Assembly (NCBI GenBank): GCA_963664825.1
Contig: OY761614.1
Coordinates: 3,328,001-3,392,000, forward strand
Source: an uncultured Holophaga sp.
Lineage (GTDB): Bacteria > Acidobacteriota > Holophagae > Holophagales > Holophagaceae
Direction of reading: 5' to 3'
Length of the DNA: 64,000 nt
In this document: one piece after another, positions 48,113 through 56,876 of the stretch
How positions within the stretch are numbered: position 1 is the stretch's first letter
How the letters are laid out: each line of letters opens with the position of its first letter
Made by a program: the position numbers and the translations under genes
Notes under the pieces: generated by a model
Told to the model about the DNA's origin: nothing
Databases searched by the model: none
Seen by the model: only the letters and a program-made list of their open reading frames with translations

Positions 48113-48556
48113 CTAGCGTTCGGAAAGATGCAGGGGCCCGTCCAGGCGCACCCGATAGTTGCCTGTGCCCCAGGAGGACTTGGCGGTGATCTTCAGGATC
48201 AGGACCTGGGCCTTCTTCAACTTGAGATCCTTGACGACGCGCTTGGTGGCTGAATTCCCCAGGACATCGAAGACCTTGACCAGGCTGTTCCACTTGCCGT
48301 CGAGGAGCTGCACCTCGTAGTCGATCATGGTGCCGCTATCGGTCTGCATATCCAGGGTCAGGCTCAGCACACCGGGCCCGGCATCGAACGTGTAGTATTT
48401 CTCCAGGGATTCCTTGGCCGCGATATCCTCGCCCACCTCCCGGGAAGCCAGGGGAATGGGATGGTCCTGGGGCCTGTCCCGGGCGATGGCCACGGCGGAC
48501 AGGCCGCAGCACAGGCAGACAAGGCTTGAGCGGAAAAGCGCGCGGAAGCTGGACAT
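48113..48556 (-). CDS. Small exported beta-sandwich protein (PPC-like)
   Basis: AGGAG ribosome-binding site, signal peptide, YYTFDAGPG..LTLD ... GNYRVRLDG pattern. Confidence 0.65.
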   Translation of the reverse strand: MSSFRALFRSSLVCLCCGLSAVAIARDRPQDHPIPLASREVGEDIAAKESLEKYYTFDAGPGVLSLTLDMQTDSGTMIDYEVQLLDGKWNSLVKVFDVLGNSATKRVVKDLKLKKAQVLILKITAKSSWGTGNYRVRLDGPLHLSER

Positions 48557-48719
48557 GGGGACTCCTGTAGGGTTGGCTCAGGAAGAGAGCCTCGCCGGAT
48601 GATCACGGAAATTCCCGATCAGCATACAGGCAGCGTCCGCCAAGGGTCGACCGGTGGCGACATTCTTTCCCGACCAGTTGGCAAATCAATGCACTGCAAC
48701 GTTTCTCAACGACAAGGAG

Positions 48720-51518
48720 CTACTTGGCCTCCAGCCAACTCCGGCCACTGCGCACCTCGGCGGCCAGCTTCACCCCCAGGGGGCCCAGATCGTCGGCCCC
48801 CTCCATGGCCTCCTTCAACAACTGGGAGGCCCGTTCCACTTCCTCAGGGGGGGCCTCCAGCAGGAGTTCGTCGTGGACCTGCAGCAGGAGCCGCGCCCGC
48901 AGGCCCGAGGCCTCCAGGCTGCGGTGCAGCCTCACCATGGCCCGGCGCATGAGATCGGCCGCCGTGCCCTGGACCACCGTATTGACCGCCACCCGCAGGC
49001 CCTGGGCCTGGAACTGCTTATTGGGGCTCTCCAGCTCCGGGATGCTGCGGAAGCGGCCCCAGGCCGTGCGCACCAGCCCATCCTTCAGGGCCTGTTCCTT
49101 GGTGCCTTCGATCCAGGCCGCCACCCGGGGCATGCGCTCGAAATAGCGCTCGATGAAGGCCTTGGCCTCCTTCTGACTGATGCCCAGCTGGGAGGCCAGG
49201 GCAAAGGCGCCCTGCCCATAGAGGAGGCCGAAGTTCACGGTCTTGGCCGCGCTGCGTTGATCGAGGGTGACTTCCTCCATGGGTATGCCCATCACTTCGG
49301 AGGCTGTGCGGCGGTGGATGTCCTCGTGGTTTTCGAAGGCCCCCAGCAGGATGGGATCCTGGGCCAAGGCCGCCACCACCCGCAGTTCGATCTGGCTATA
49401 GTCGGCGTCCAGCAGCATCCAGCCTTCCTCGGGCAGGAAGGCGCCCCGGATGGCCCGCCCCTCCTCGGTGCGCACCGGAATATTCTGGAGATTGGGATCG
49501 CTGGAGGCCAAGCGCCCGGAGGCCACGACCGCCTGGTGCAGCTTGGTGTGCACCCGCCCCGTGAGGGGGTTCACCATCCCCGGCAGGGCGTCCACGTAGG
49601 TGCCCAGGAGCTTGGCCAGTTCCCGGTGGCGCAAGAGCTCTCGGGCGATCTCCGCCCCGTGTTTCGAGGCGAGTTCTTGCAGGACTTCTTCATCCGTAGA
49701 GGGCGCCTTGGTCTTGCCGGTCACCTTGATGATGGGCAGTCCCAGCTTCTCGAAGAGGATCTTGCCCAACTGGACCGGGCTATTGAGGTTGAAGGGCTCT
49801 CCCGCCAACTCCAACACACGGTCCCCTGCGCGCTGGCGATCAGCCTGCATCTGGACGGAAAGCCTGGAGAGTTCCTTGAGATCCAGGCGGACGCCCGTGC
49901 GCTCCATGGCCGCCAGGATCTCCACCAGAGGCAAATCCACCTCCCGATAGAGGCGCTGGAGCCGGGGATCGGTCATCTGTTGTTCCAGGCTGTTGCAGAG
50001 CTGGAGGGCCAGATCGGCATCCTCGGCGGCATACTGCACGGCCTCTTCGAAAGGGGCCTCGTCGAAGCGCTTCTGGCCCTTGCCCTTGCCGACGAGAGTC
50101 TCGAAGGCGATGGGCCGGATATCCAGGTGGCGGGCGCTGAGATCGTCCAGGTTGTGCCGCAGGCCCGGCTCCACCAGGAAGCTCTGGACCATGGAATCGT
50201 CCTGAAGGCCCTGTACCTCGAAACCGTGCCGGGCCAGGACGATGAGGTCGTATTTCAGATTCTGTCCCACCTTGGCGACTCCGGCATCGGCCAGGAGAGG
50301 CCCCAGGATGCGCCGGGCCTCGGCGAAACTCACGTTGCCTTCGTCCAGGAAGGGCGCCAGTTCAAGCCAATAGGTCTCCGGATCGCCCTTGAGGTCCAGC
50401 AGGGAATCCGGCAGCCCAGAGCCCTCCAGGAGGCCCGGCAGCGCCCCTGCGATGTCATCTTCCAAGGGTTTGAGATGAGCCAAGGGGATGTAGAGCCCTG
50501 CGTTGGGCGCCCAGGCCAGGGAGAGCCCCACCATGTGCCCACGGGTGGCCTCCAGGTTTGTGGTTTCCGTATCCAGACCGAAGCGCCCAGCCTCACGGCA
50601 GGCCCTGACGGCCTGTTCCAGATCCTGAATGCCGGAGGCCGCCCGGTAGTGGCGTTCCACACCCGAGGTCACGGAGGCCTGGGTGAATGCCTTGGTGAGG
50701 CCCTGGAAGCCCAGCTCCTTGAAGGTGACTCGGGCCTTGGCCTCGTCCACGCCGGGATAGCGCAGTTCCCCTGCATGCAGGGGCAGCTCCAGATCCTTCA
50801 CCACCGTCACGAGGCGCTTGGTGAGCTCGAGCCAGGGCGAGGCTTCCTCCAGACCCGCGCGCTGACGGGGCTTGAGCTGCTCCTTGGCCTGAAGGATCGC
50901 CTCCAGGCTGCCGAAGGTCTCCAGCAGCTGGGCGGCGCCCTTCTCGCCGATGCCGGGCACGCCCTTCACGTTATCGGAAGCGTCTCCCACGATGGTCAGG
51001 TAGTCCACCACCTGTTCGGGCCACACGCCCATGCGCTCCCGCACGCCCGCCCGATCGTGCCAGACCTCGCCGTCCTTGGTGTTGAGCACCTGGATCTTCC
51101 GGTCATCGTCGACCAGTTGCAGCAGATCCTTATCCGGGCTCACGATCACGGCCGCAAGCCCCTGGGAGGCGGCCTCCAGGGCGAGGGTGGCCATCACGTC
51201 ATCGGCCTCGTAGCCCTGAAGCTGCACGATGGGAATGGAGAGGGCCTCCACCAGTTGGCGGATGAGCGGAATCTGAGGCCGCAGATCCTCGGGCATCTCG
51301 GAGCGGTTGGCCTTGTACTCCGGGTAGAGCTCGTGGCGGAAGGTCGGCCCCGATACATCGAACACGCAGGCCAGGTGCGTGGGCTGGTGCTTCTCGATGA
51401 GCTGCAGCACCAGGCGCGTGAAGGTCAGCGCCGCCCCATTCTTCAGCCGCGGATTGGCGAAGTAGGAGCGAAAGATGAAGGCAAAAGTGTCGATGAGATA
51501 AAGGCGATCCTCAGCCAC
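48720..51518 (-). CDS. polA: DNA polymerase I
   Basis: 5'-3' exonuclease (GYEADD, GDASDNVKGVPGIG), 3'-5' exonuclease (LDTET) and polymerase motifs (DYSQIELR, AKTVNFGLLYG, QVHDEL); GTG start behind GGAGG. Confidence 0.98.
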   Translation of the reverse strand: MAEDRLYLIDTFAFIFRSYFANPRLKNGAALTFTRLVLQLIEKHQPTHLACVFDVSGPTFRHELYPEYKANRSEMPEDLRPQIPLIRQLVEALSIPIVQLQGYEADDVMATLALEAASQGLAAVIVSPDKDLLQLVDDDRKIQVLNTKDGEVWHDRAGVRERMGVWPEQVVDYLTIVGDASDNVKGVPGIGEKGAAQLLETFGSLEAILQAKEQLKPRQRAGLEEASPWLELTKRLVTVVKDLELPLHAGELRYPGVDEAKARVTFKELGFQGLTKAFTQASVTSGVERHYRAASGIQDLEQAVRACREAGRFGLDTETTNLEATRGHMVGLSLAWAPNAGLYIPLAHLKPLEDDIAGALPGLLEGSGLPDSLLDLKGDPETYWLELAPFLDEGNVSFAEARRILGPLLADAGVAKVGQNLKYDLIVLARHGFEVQGLQDDSMVQSFLVEPGLRHNLDDLSARHLDIRPIAFETLVGKGKGQKRFDEAPFEEAVQYAAEDADLALQLCNSLEQQMTDPRLQRLYREVDLPLVEILAAMERTGVRLDLKELSRLSVQMQADRQRAGDRVLELAGEPFNLNSPVQLGKILFEKLGLPIIKVTGKTKAPSTDEEVLQELASKHGAEIARELLRHRELAKLLGTYVDALPGMVNPLTGRVHTKLHQAVVASGRLASSDPNLQNIPVRTEEGRAIRGAFLPEEGWMLLDADYSQIELRVVAALAQDPILLGAFENHEDIHRRTASEVMGIPMEEVTLDQRSAAKTVNFGLLYGQGAFALASQLGISQKEAKAFIERYFERMPRVAAWIEGTKEQALKDGLVRTAWGRFRSIPELESPNKQFQAQGLRVAVNTVVQGTAADLMRRAMVRLHRSLEASGLRARLLLQVHDELLLEAPPEEVERASQLLKEAMEGADDLGPLGVKLAAEVRSGRSWLEAK

Positions 51519-51621
51519 ACTGCACCTCCGTGTTCAACGGAAGGGTCTCGCGCATCCGCCCAGCGGATCGCGAGAGGATGAAGGCAAAAGTGTCGATGAG
51601 ATAGAGGCTATCTTCAGGCAT
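51474..51621. repeat. Direct repeat of the polA 5' end (about 45 bp, 27 bp exact), copies 103 bp apart
   Basis: GATGAAGGCAAAAGTGTCGATGAGATA at 51474-51500 and 51577-51603. Confidence 0.9.
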
Positions 51622-51685
51622 CCCCCATTCTGGCAGATCGGAGAACTCGTCCCCCGAGGAGGGCACAAAAGCACTTCATACCGCC

Positions 51686-51713
51686 TTGACACGGAGAAGA
51701 GGGGAAAGATACT
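51686..51713 (+). promoter_or_regulatory. Candidate sigma70 promoter for the TPR-yedE operon
   Basis: TTGACA-N16-GATACT about 60 bp upstream of the ORF at 51774. Confidence 0.5.
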
Positions 51714-51773
51714 GAAGGCGATCCCAGAATTAAGAAATTCGAGCATATCCAGAATCAAAATCTTTTTTTTCTC

Positions 51774-52283
51774 ATGGTCGAGTCCATGAAACCAGATAGT
51801 TTCGATGTCGCGCTCATCTCAAGCGTGGTCCTCCTTGCGGGCGGAGCCTTGTGCCTGGGAATGACTTCCCGAAACCCGGCGACGAGGCCCCTCCAAGCCA
51901 ATCACCGGGTCCTGGAGGACTTGACCGCGGCCAGGGCCCTGTTGGATTCGGAGCGCACCCAGGAAGCCGTGGAGCACCTGCATCGCCTGGCATCAGAGAA
52001 CCCGGCCGTAGCCGAGGTCCATGCGCTCCTGGGCCAAGCCTTTCTGAGCTTGCGGGACTATCCCTCCTCCCTCCGGGAATACCGAATGGCCCTTCAGTTG
52101 GATCCGGATTACGCCGACGTCAAATCCGAAAAATTCGCGGGGCGCACGATCCGGATCGCCATCCGTGAGGGACTCAGCCGTACCCGCGCCGAGCTGGCGA
52201 GGGATCCCGGGAACAGGACCGCGAAGGGCACCCTGAAGGATGCCCACGACCTCGAGAGGATGCTCGCCGGGGGCTGTGGATGA
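51774..52283 (+). CDS. Membrane-anchored tetratricopeptide-repeat protein ending in GGCG
   Basis: N-terminal hydrophobic helix; AEVHALLGQAF..YRMALQLDPDY TPR pattern; ATGA-coupled to yedE. Confidence 0.75.
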   Translation: MVESMKPDSFDVALISSVVLLAGGALCLGMTSRNPATRPLQANHRVLEDLTAARALLDSERTQEAVEHLHRLASENPAVAEVHALLGQAFLSLRDYPSSLREYRMALQLDPDYADVKSEKFAGRTIRIAIREGLSRTRAELARDPGNRTAKGTLKDAHDLERMLAGGCG

Positions 52284-53383
52284 ACGAAGCCCAGCAAATA
52301 ATCAGAAACAGCTGGATATATTCCTTCATCAAGCGACATCTCGAGCTCCTCCTCACGGTCGCCACGGGAATCGCCATCGGCGTGGGAGGAACCTGTCTTG
52401 CATGCAGGGGCAACCCCCGAAATTCGGGGATCTGCGTGTCGTGCTTCATGGAAAATCTGGCCGGCGCCATGGGGCTTCACGACAACCTGCGGATGCAATG
52501 CATCCGCCCCGAACTCCTGGGTTTCGTCCTGGGGGCCGCCCTGGCCGCCATGATCGCCCGGGAGTTCAGGACCCGCGGGGGGTCCTCTCCCATGCTGCGA
52601 TTTGCGGGGGGCGTGCTCATGATCGTGGGATGTTCCATGTTTTTGGGATGTCCCATCCGCATGGTCATCCGCCTGGGCAATGGGGATTTCACGGCCCTGG
52701 CCGGTGTGCTGGGCCTGGTCTTCGGCGTGTGGTTGGGCTTCGAATTCCTGAGACATGGCTTTCACCTGGGTGATGCCAAGCCGCTGCCCCTCGTCAATGG
52801 GCTCGTCATCCCCCTCTTCATGGCGGCCCTGCTCTTCGCATGGTTCCTGCGCCCCTCCTTCATCCACTTCAGTCAGGTGGGACCCGGAGCCAAGATCGTG
52901 AGCGGAAAGCTGGCCCTGGGTACAGGCCTCTGCATCGGGATCCTCGCGCAGCGTTCGCGCTTCTGCCTGACGGGAGGCATCGGAAATTTCATCGCTTCCA
53001 GGGACGGAAAGCTCCTCAGCGGGATCCTCTCCATGCTGGCCTTCGCCTTCCTCGCCAGCTATTCAAGGAAGCTCTTCATGCCGGGTTTTGAAGGGCAGCC
53101 GGGCTCCCATCTGGCTTACGGGTGGAGCTTCCTGGGAATGGCACTGGTGGGCCTGCTCTCCATTCTGATGGAGGGTTGCCCTTTCAGGCAGCTCATCCGA
53201 GCCGGACAGGGCGATTCCGATGCGGGCGCCGCAGTGATCGGAATGCTCGGTGGCGGCGCCCTTGTCCAGGGCTGGAGCATCACGAGCACGAACCTGGGCC
53301 CCTCCTTAAACGGGCAGATCGCGACCCTCGCGGGGCTCGCCCTGGTGATTCTCACCGGCCTCTGCCTGCGTGTGCGGGAGTGA
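52280..53383 (+). CDS. yedE: YedE/YeeE family putative selenium/sulfur transporter
   Basis: GNPRNSGICVSCF, IRPE, FLGCPIR, QRSRFC, GQP..H and GCPFRQL motifs. Confidence 0.88.
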   Translation: MNEAQQIIRNSWIYSFIKRHLELLLTVATGIAIGVGGTCLACRGNPRNSGICVSCFMENLAGAMGLHDNLRMQCIRPELLGFVLGAALAAMIAREFRTRGGSSPMLRFAGGVLMIVGCSMFLGCPIRMVIRLGNGDFTALAGVLGLVFGVWLGFEFLRHGFHLGDAKPLPLVNGLVIPLFMAALLFAWFLRPSFIHFSQVGPGAKIVSGKLALGTGLCIGILAQRSRFCLTGGIGNFIASRDGKLLSGILSMLAFAFLASYSRKLFMPGFEGQPGSHLAYGWSFLGMALVGLLSILMEGCPFRQLIRAGQGDSDAGAAVIGMLGGGALVQGWSITSTNLGPSLNGQIATLAGLALVILTGLCLRVRE

Positions 53384-53385
53384 CC

Positions 53386-54564
53386 ATGATCTACCTAAAC
53401 AACGCCGCCACGTCCCATCCCAAGCCAGATGCCGTCTATGAAGAGGTGTGCCGCGAACTCCGGAACGCCTCCGCCAATCCCAGTCGCTCGGCCCATCGCA
53501 TGGCCAGCGACTCCGGAAGGATGATCTTCGAGACCCGAGAGAAAGTGGCCAAGCTCTTCGGCATCCGTCATTCCGACAGGATCGTTTTCACCAACAACGC
53601 CACCAGTGCGCTCAATCTCGCCACCCTCGGCCTCCTGAAGGCTGGAGATCACTGCATCACCACGGGCATGGAACACAATTCCCTGACACGCCCCCTGGAA
53701 TTCCTGGCCCGCATGGGGGTGTCCGTGGACAAGGTGCCCTGTTCACCCAGGGGGGAGCTGGATGCGGCAAGAGTGGCCGCCTCGATCACGCCCCAGACGA
53801 GGCTCATCGCCCTCACCCATGCCTCCAATGTCATCGGGACGATCACACCCTTGGACACACTCGCGGAAATCGCCCATGGCCGTGGCATTCCGATCCTGGT
53901 GGATGCCGCGCAGACCGCCGGGTCCCTTCCCCTGGATGTGGAGGCGCTTTGTATCGATCTGCTCGCCTGCCCGGGGCACAAGGGCCTCCTCGGCCCCCAG
54001 GGCACGGGTTTCCTCTATGTGGCGCCCCATCTGCAACTGAGCCCCATCCTGTTCGGAGGCACCGGCAGTCACTCGGCGAACACCCGGATGCCTGATTTCC
54101 TACCGGACCGGCATGAGGCCGGAACCCTCAATTCACCGGGCATCGCCGGGCTTGGAGCCGGGGTGCAGTTTCTCCTGGACCAGGGCGTCCAGGAGATCCG
54201 GAATCACGAGACGCGGCTCTGTGGAAGGCTGATGGAGGGACTCCAGGGCATCCAGGGCCTGGAACTCTATGGCTTGGCCGAGCCCTCCCGAAAGGCCTCC
54301 GTAATCTCCTTCAACCTGAGGGACAGGGATCCCGCAGAGATCGGGAACCGTCTCGACGAGGAGTTCGATATCGCCGTGCGCGTGGGCCTCCATTGCGCCC
54401 CGGCCGCGCACAGGACCCTAGGCACCTTCCCCATGGGAGCGGTCCGATTGAGCCCCGGTTTCTTCAATACCCCCGGCGAAATGGATGCCGCCATCGAGGC
54501 CGTGGGTTGGATTGCCCGCAGCCATACCCACAAGACCCTGAGCTTCGCCGCGACAACCTCCTGA
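53386..54564 (+). CDS. Cysteine desulfurase / selenocysteine lyase-like class V aminotransferase
   Basis: IYLNNAATS.PKP, EHNS, VDAAQTAG, PGHKGLLGPQGTG and RVGLHCAP. Confidence 0.9.
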   Translation: MIYLNNAATSHPKPDAVYEEVCRELRNASANPSRSAHRMASDSGRMIFETREKVAKLFGIRHSDRIVFTNNATSALNLATLGLLKAGDHCITTGMEHNSLTRPLEFLARMGVSVDKVPCSPRGELDAARVAASITPQTRLIALTHASNVIGTITPLDTLAEIAHGRGIPILVDAAQTAGSLPLDVEALCIDLLACPGHKGLLGPQGTGFLYVAPHLQLSPILFGGTGSHSANTRMPDFLPDRHEAGTLNSPGIAGLGAGVQFLLDQGVQEIRNHETRLCGRLMEGLQGIQGLELYGLAEPSRKASVISFNLRDRDPAEIGNRLDEEFDIAVRVGLHCAPAAHRTLGTFPMGAVRLSPGFFNTPGEMDAAIEAVGWIARSHTHKTLSFAATTS

Positions 54565-54578
54565 ATGCCGGGGAAACC

Positions 54579-54797
54579 ATGCCGAACCCAGGCCCGATTC
54601 TCGTCTTCCAGAGCACCCATCTGACCTACAAGGCCGAACGCCTCCTGAAAAATTCGGCCATCCCATGCAATCTGGTGACCAAGCCCCGTCACATCAGTTC
54701 AGATTGCGGCCTAGCCATCCACCTGGAAGAGCAGGACCGGGCGCGCGGGCTCACCCTCCTGAGCGAATCGGGAGTGGAACCCCTGGGTGTCTGGTAG
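54579..54797 (+). CDS. DUF3343-like small protein
   Basis: FQSTH..KAE..L and PRHISSDCGLAI motif; usual neighbour of yedE. Confidence 0.8.
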   Translation: MPNPGPILVFQSTHLTYKAERLLKNSAIPCNLVTKPRHISSDCGLAIHLEEQDRARGLTLLSESGVEPLGVW

Positions 54798-54847
54798 GGA
54801 TGGAATACCAGGCAGGTTAGGCTGGAGCCTGGGAGCTGGAAGGGGCG

Positions 54848-56026
54848 ATGGCACATCTGGTGCGGTTAAAGCAGGGGAGGAGCCAGGACACATCCGTGAT
54901 CCCGTTGCCGCCCGAGGGGCTGACCCTCGGCAGGGACGCCACCTGCGGATGCTGCCTGGAGGATGTCACCGTCTCGCGCTGTCACGCGGAGATCCGCCGC
55001 ATCCAGGAGAACTGGGAGCTGCAGGATCTGGGGAGCCGCAACGGGACCTTCCTGAACCGGGCGCGCACCGAACGGGCCATCCTGCGCCACGGCGATTTCA
55101 TCAGCGTGGGCCGAGCCGCCTTCCACTTCGAGGATCCTCAGCCCCCGCGCATCCGCCCCCTGCCGGAACCTGAAGCCCTTTCCCCCAAGAGGCCAGGTCT
55201 CCTCGTGGCCTTGCCCCTGGTCCTTGTTCTGGCCGGAGCGATGGGCGCCTGGTGGCACTTCCACCCTTCTACACCGATGCCCGAAGCCCCCTTGGAGATG
55301 CCAGCAGCGGCGGCCATAGTCGGGCCAAAGGCCCAATCGGAGCCTCCCACCCCACCCCAGGGGCCGAAGCCCCCGCAGGCCATGGCCGCTCAGGCTACGG
55401 CCCCACCCCAGGCTGCGCCCTCCCAGATCCAGGCTCTAGCCCCGCCTGTCCAGACGCCGCCCCAGGCTGCCGCCCTGTCGGCCCAGGCGCCGCCCCAGGC
55501 TGCCGCCCTGTCGGCCCAGGCGCCGTCTGGCGTGCACTCGATGCACATCTCCCTCTCGCTCCAGGTGCAGGCTCACTTCGCGCCCCCCTACACGGGCAAC
55601 GACCAGGAATGGGACTCGGAGCAGGATCTGATGCTGGAACTGACGACCTTCCCCGTCCAGGGAACGGGGGGCTTTTACCATGGAAGGCGTGAAGGAGCCG
55701 CCTCCACCGACGACCTCAGATTCAGGGTGGAGGAAGGCCAGGTGACGAGCCTTCACTGGCGGGCCCAGCGCAGGCTGGCACGCACCTTCGAGGATGGGCG
55801 CCACGAGCCCCTGCGCGAAGACCAGTGGGAGATTGATATGCCCCGCATGAATCGCCAGCATGCCGACATGTTCCAGTGGCATCCCGGACAAGGCCCCTCC
55901 CCTAAGATGACCTATGCCGTGTCCTTCTTTCCCGGAGGGGGCCACGCCCACCTCACCCAGGCACTCTGGACAAACGCCAGCCCGGGCCACCCTGAACCCC
56001 TCGTGAAGATCCACCTTGATCGGTAA
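54848..56026 (+). CDS. FHA-domain membrane protein with Pro/Ala/Gln linker and unknown C-terminal domain
   Basis: LGR, VSRCHA and DLGSRNGT FHA motifs; one TM helix. Confidence 0.8.
   Translation: MAHLVRLKQGRSQDTSVIPLPPEGLTLGRDATCGCCLEDVTVSRCHAEIRRIQENWELQDLGSRNGTFLNRARTERAILRHGDFISVGRAAFHFEDPQPPRIRPLPEPEALSPKRPGLLVALPLVLVLAGAMGAWWHFHPSTPMPEAPLEMPAAAAIVGPKAQSEPPTPPQGPKPPQAMAAQATAPPQAAPSQIQALAPPVQTPPQAAALSAQAPPQAAALSAQAPSGVHSMHISLSLQVQAHFAPPYTGNDQEWDSEQDLMLELTTFPVQGTGGFYHGRREGAASTDDLRFRVEEGQVTSLHWRAQRRLARTFEDGRHEPLREDQWEIDMPRMNRQHADMFQWHPGQGPSPKMTYAVSFFPGGGHAHLTQALWTNASPGHPEPLVKIHLDR
55457..55522 (+). repeat. 33-bp tandem duplication (PPQAAALSAQA x2)
   Basis: Two exact copies starting at 55457 and 55490. 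Confidence 0.9.
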
Positions 56027-56030
56027 TCCC

Positions 56031-56870
56031 GTGAACCCAGCCCATCACATCCCCCTGGTCTGCCCCGTGCGCGGGTGCTCGGAACCCTTGAGCTGGGAGC
56101 CTTCCCGCGCCATCTGCGCTGCGGGTCATCTCTTCGACCGGGCCCGCAGCGGCTACTGCAATCTGCTCCAAGTGCAGGACCGGAAATCCAAGCACCCCGG
56201 GGATTCCAAGGCCGCCGTGCAGGCGCGCCGCCGCTGCCTGGAGCGGGGCTTGGGGGACGGGCTCCGGGAGGCCCTCTGCGCCCAAGTGGCCTCCTGGAAT
56301 CTCCCGCCAGGAGCCGTGGTGCTGGATGCGGGCTGCGGCGAGGGCTACTACCTGGAGGCCCTCTGCGCGCGGTTCGGCTGCGAGGGGTGGGGAGTGGATA
56401 TCTCCACCCCCGCCATCGAGGCCGCGGCCCGCACCCGGCCCCTTCCCCGCTGGCTGGTGGCCAACGCGGACCGCGCCCTGCCCTTCGCGGACGGCAGCCT
56501 GGATCTGATCACGTCCATCACGGCCCGGAAGAACCCGGAGGAATTCCATCGGATGCTGGCGCCGAAGGGTCATCTCCTGGTGGCCGTGGCCCATGAGGAT
56601 GATCAGATGGAACTCCGGGGGGCCCTCTTCGGCGAGGTCCCGGATTCGGACCGGGCCGGGGCCACCGTCACCGCCTTCGAATCCCTCTTCGAGCTGGAGG
56701 AGGAGACGGTGGTGAGCTCCCGGCTGGGGCTCGATCCTGCGGCACTGAGGGATCTCCTGCTGGGCAGTTACCGGGGCGAGCGTTTCAGCGCCCAAAAGGC
56801 CCTGGAAGGGCTCGAGGCCCTGGAGGTGACCCTGAGCTACCGGATCCTGAGTTTCAGGCCGCAGAATTAG
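56031..56870 (+). CDS. rlmA: RlmA-like 23S rRNA m1G methyltransferase
   Basis: N-terminal zinc motif CPV..C/C..GH.FD, GYCNLL, GDS and LDAGCGEGYY; start uncertain. Confidence 0.8.
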   Translation: MNPAHHIPLVCPVRGCSEPLSWEPSRAICAAGHLFDRARSGYCNLLQVQDRKSKHPGDSKAAVQARRRCLERGLGDGLREALCAQVASWNLPPGAVVLDAGCGEGYYLEALCARFGCEGWGVDISTPAIEAAARTRPLPRWLVANADRALPFADGSLDLITSITARKNPEEFHRMLAPKGHLLVAVAHEDDQMELRGALFGEVPDSDRAGATVTAFESLFELEEETVVSSRLGLDPAALRDLLLGSYRGERFSAQKALEGLEALEVTLSYRILSFRPQN

Positions 56871-56876
56871 CGGGGT

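Noticed and set aside
48654..51581. Long antisense ORFs (e.g. 975 aa opposite polA; also 39834-42593, 60765-63200, 36176-38074, 30646-31857)
   Set aside because: Shadow frames of GC-rich genes, with no recognisable motifs
52281..52301. Selenocysteine read-through of the TPR gene's TGA (would add U-TKPSK)
   Set aside because: The TGA is explained by ATGA coupling to yedE, and only a weak 5-bp stem follows, not a convincing SECIS
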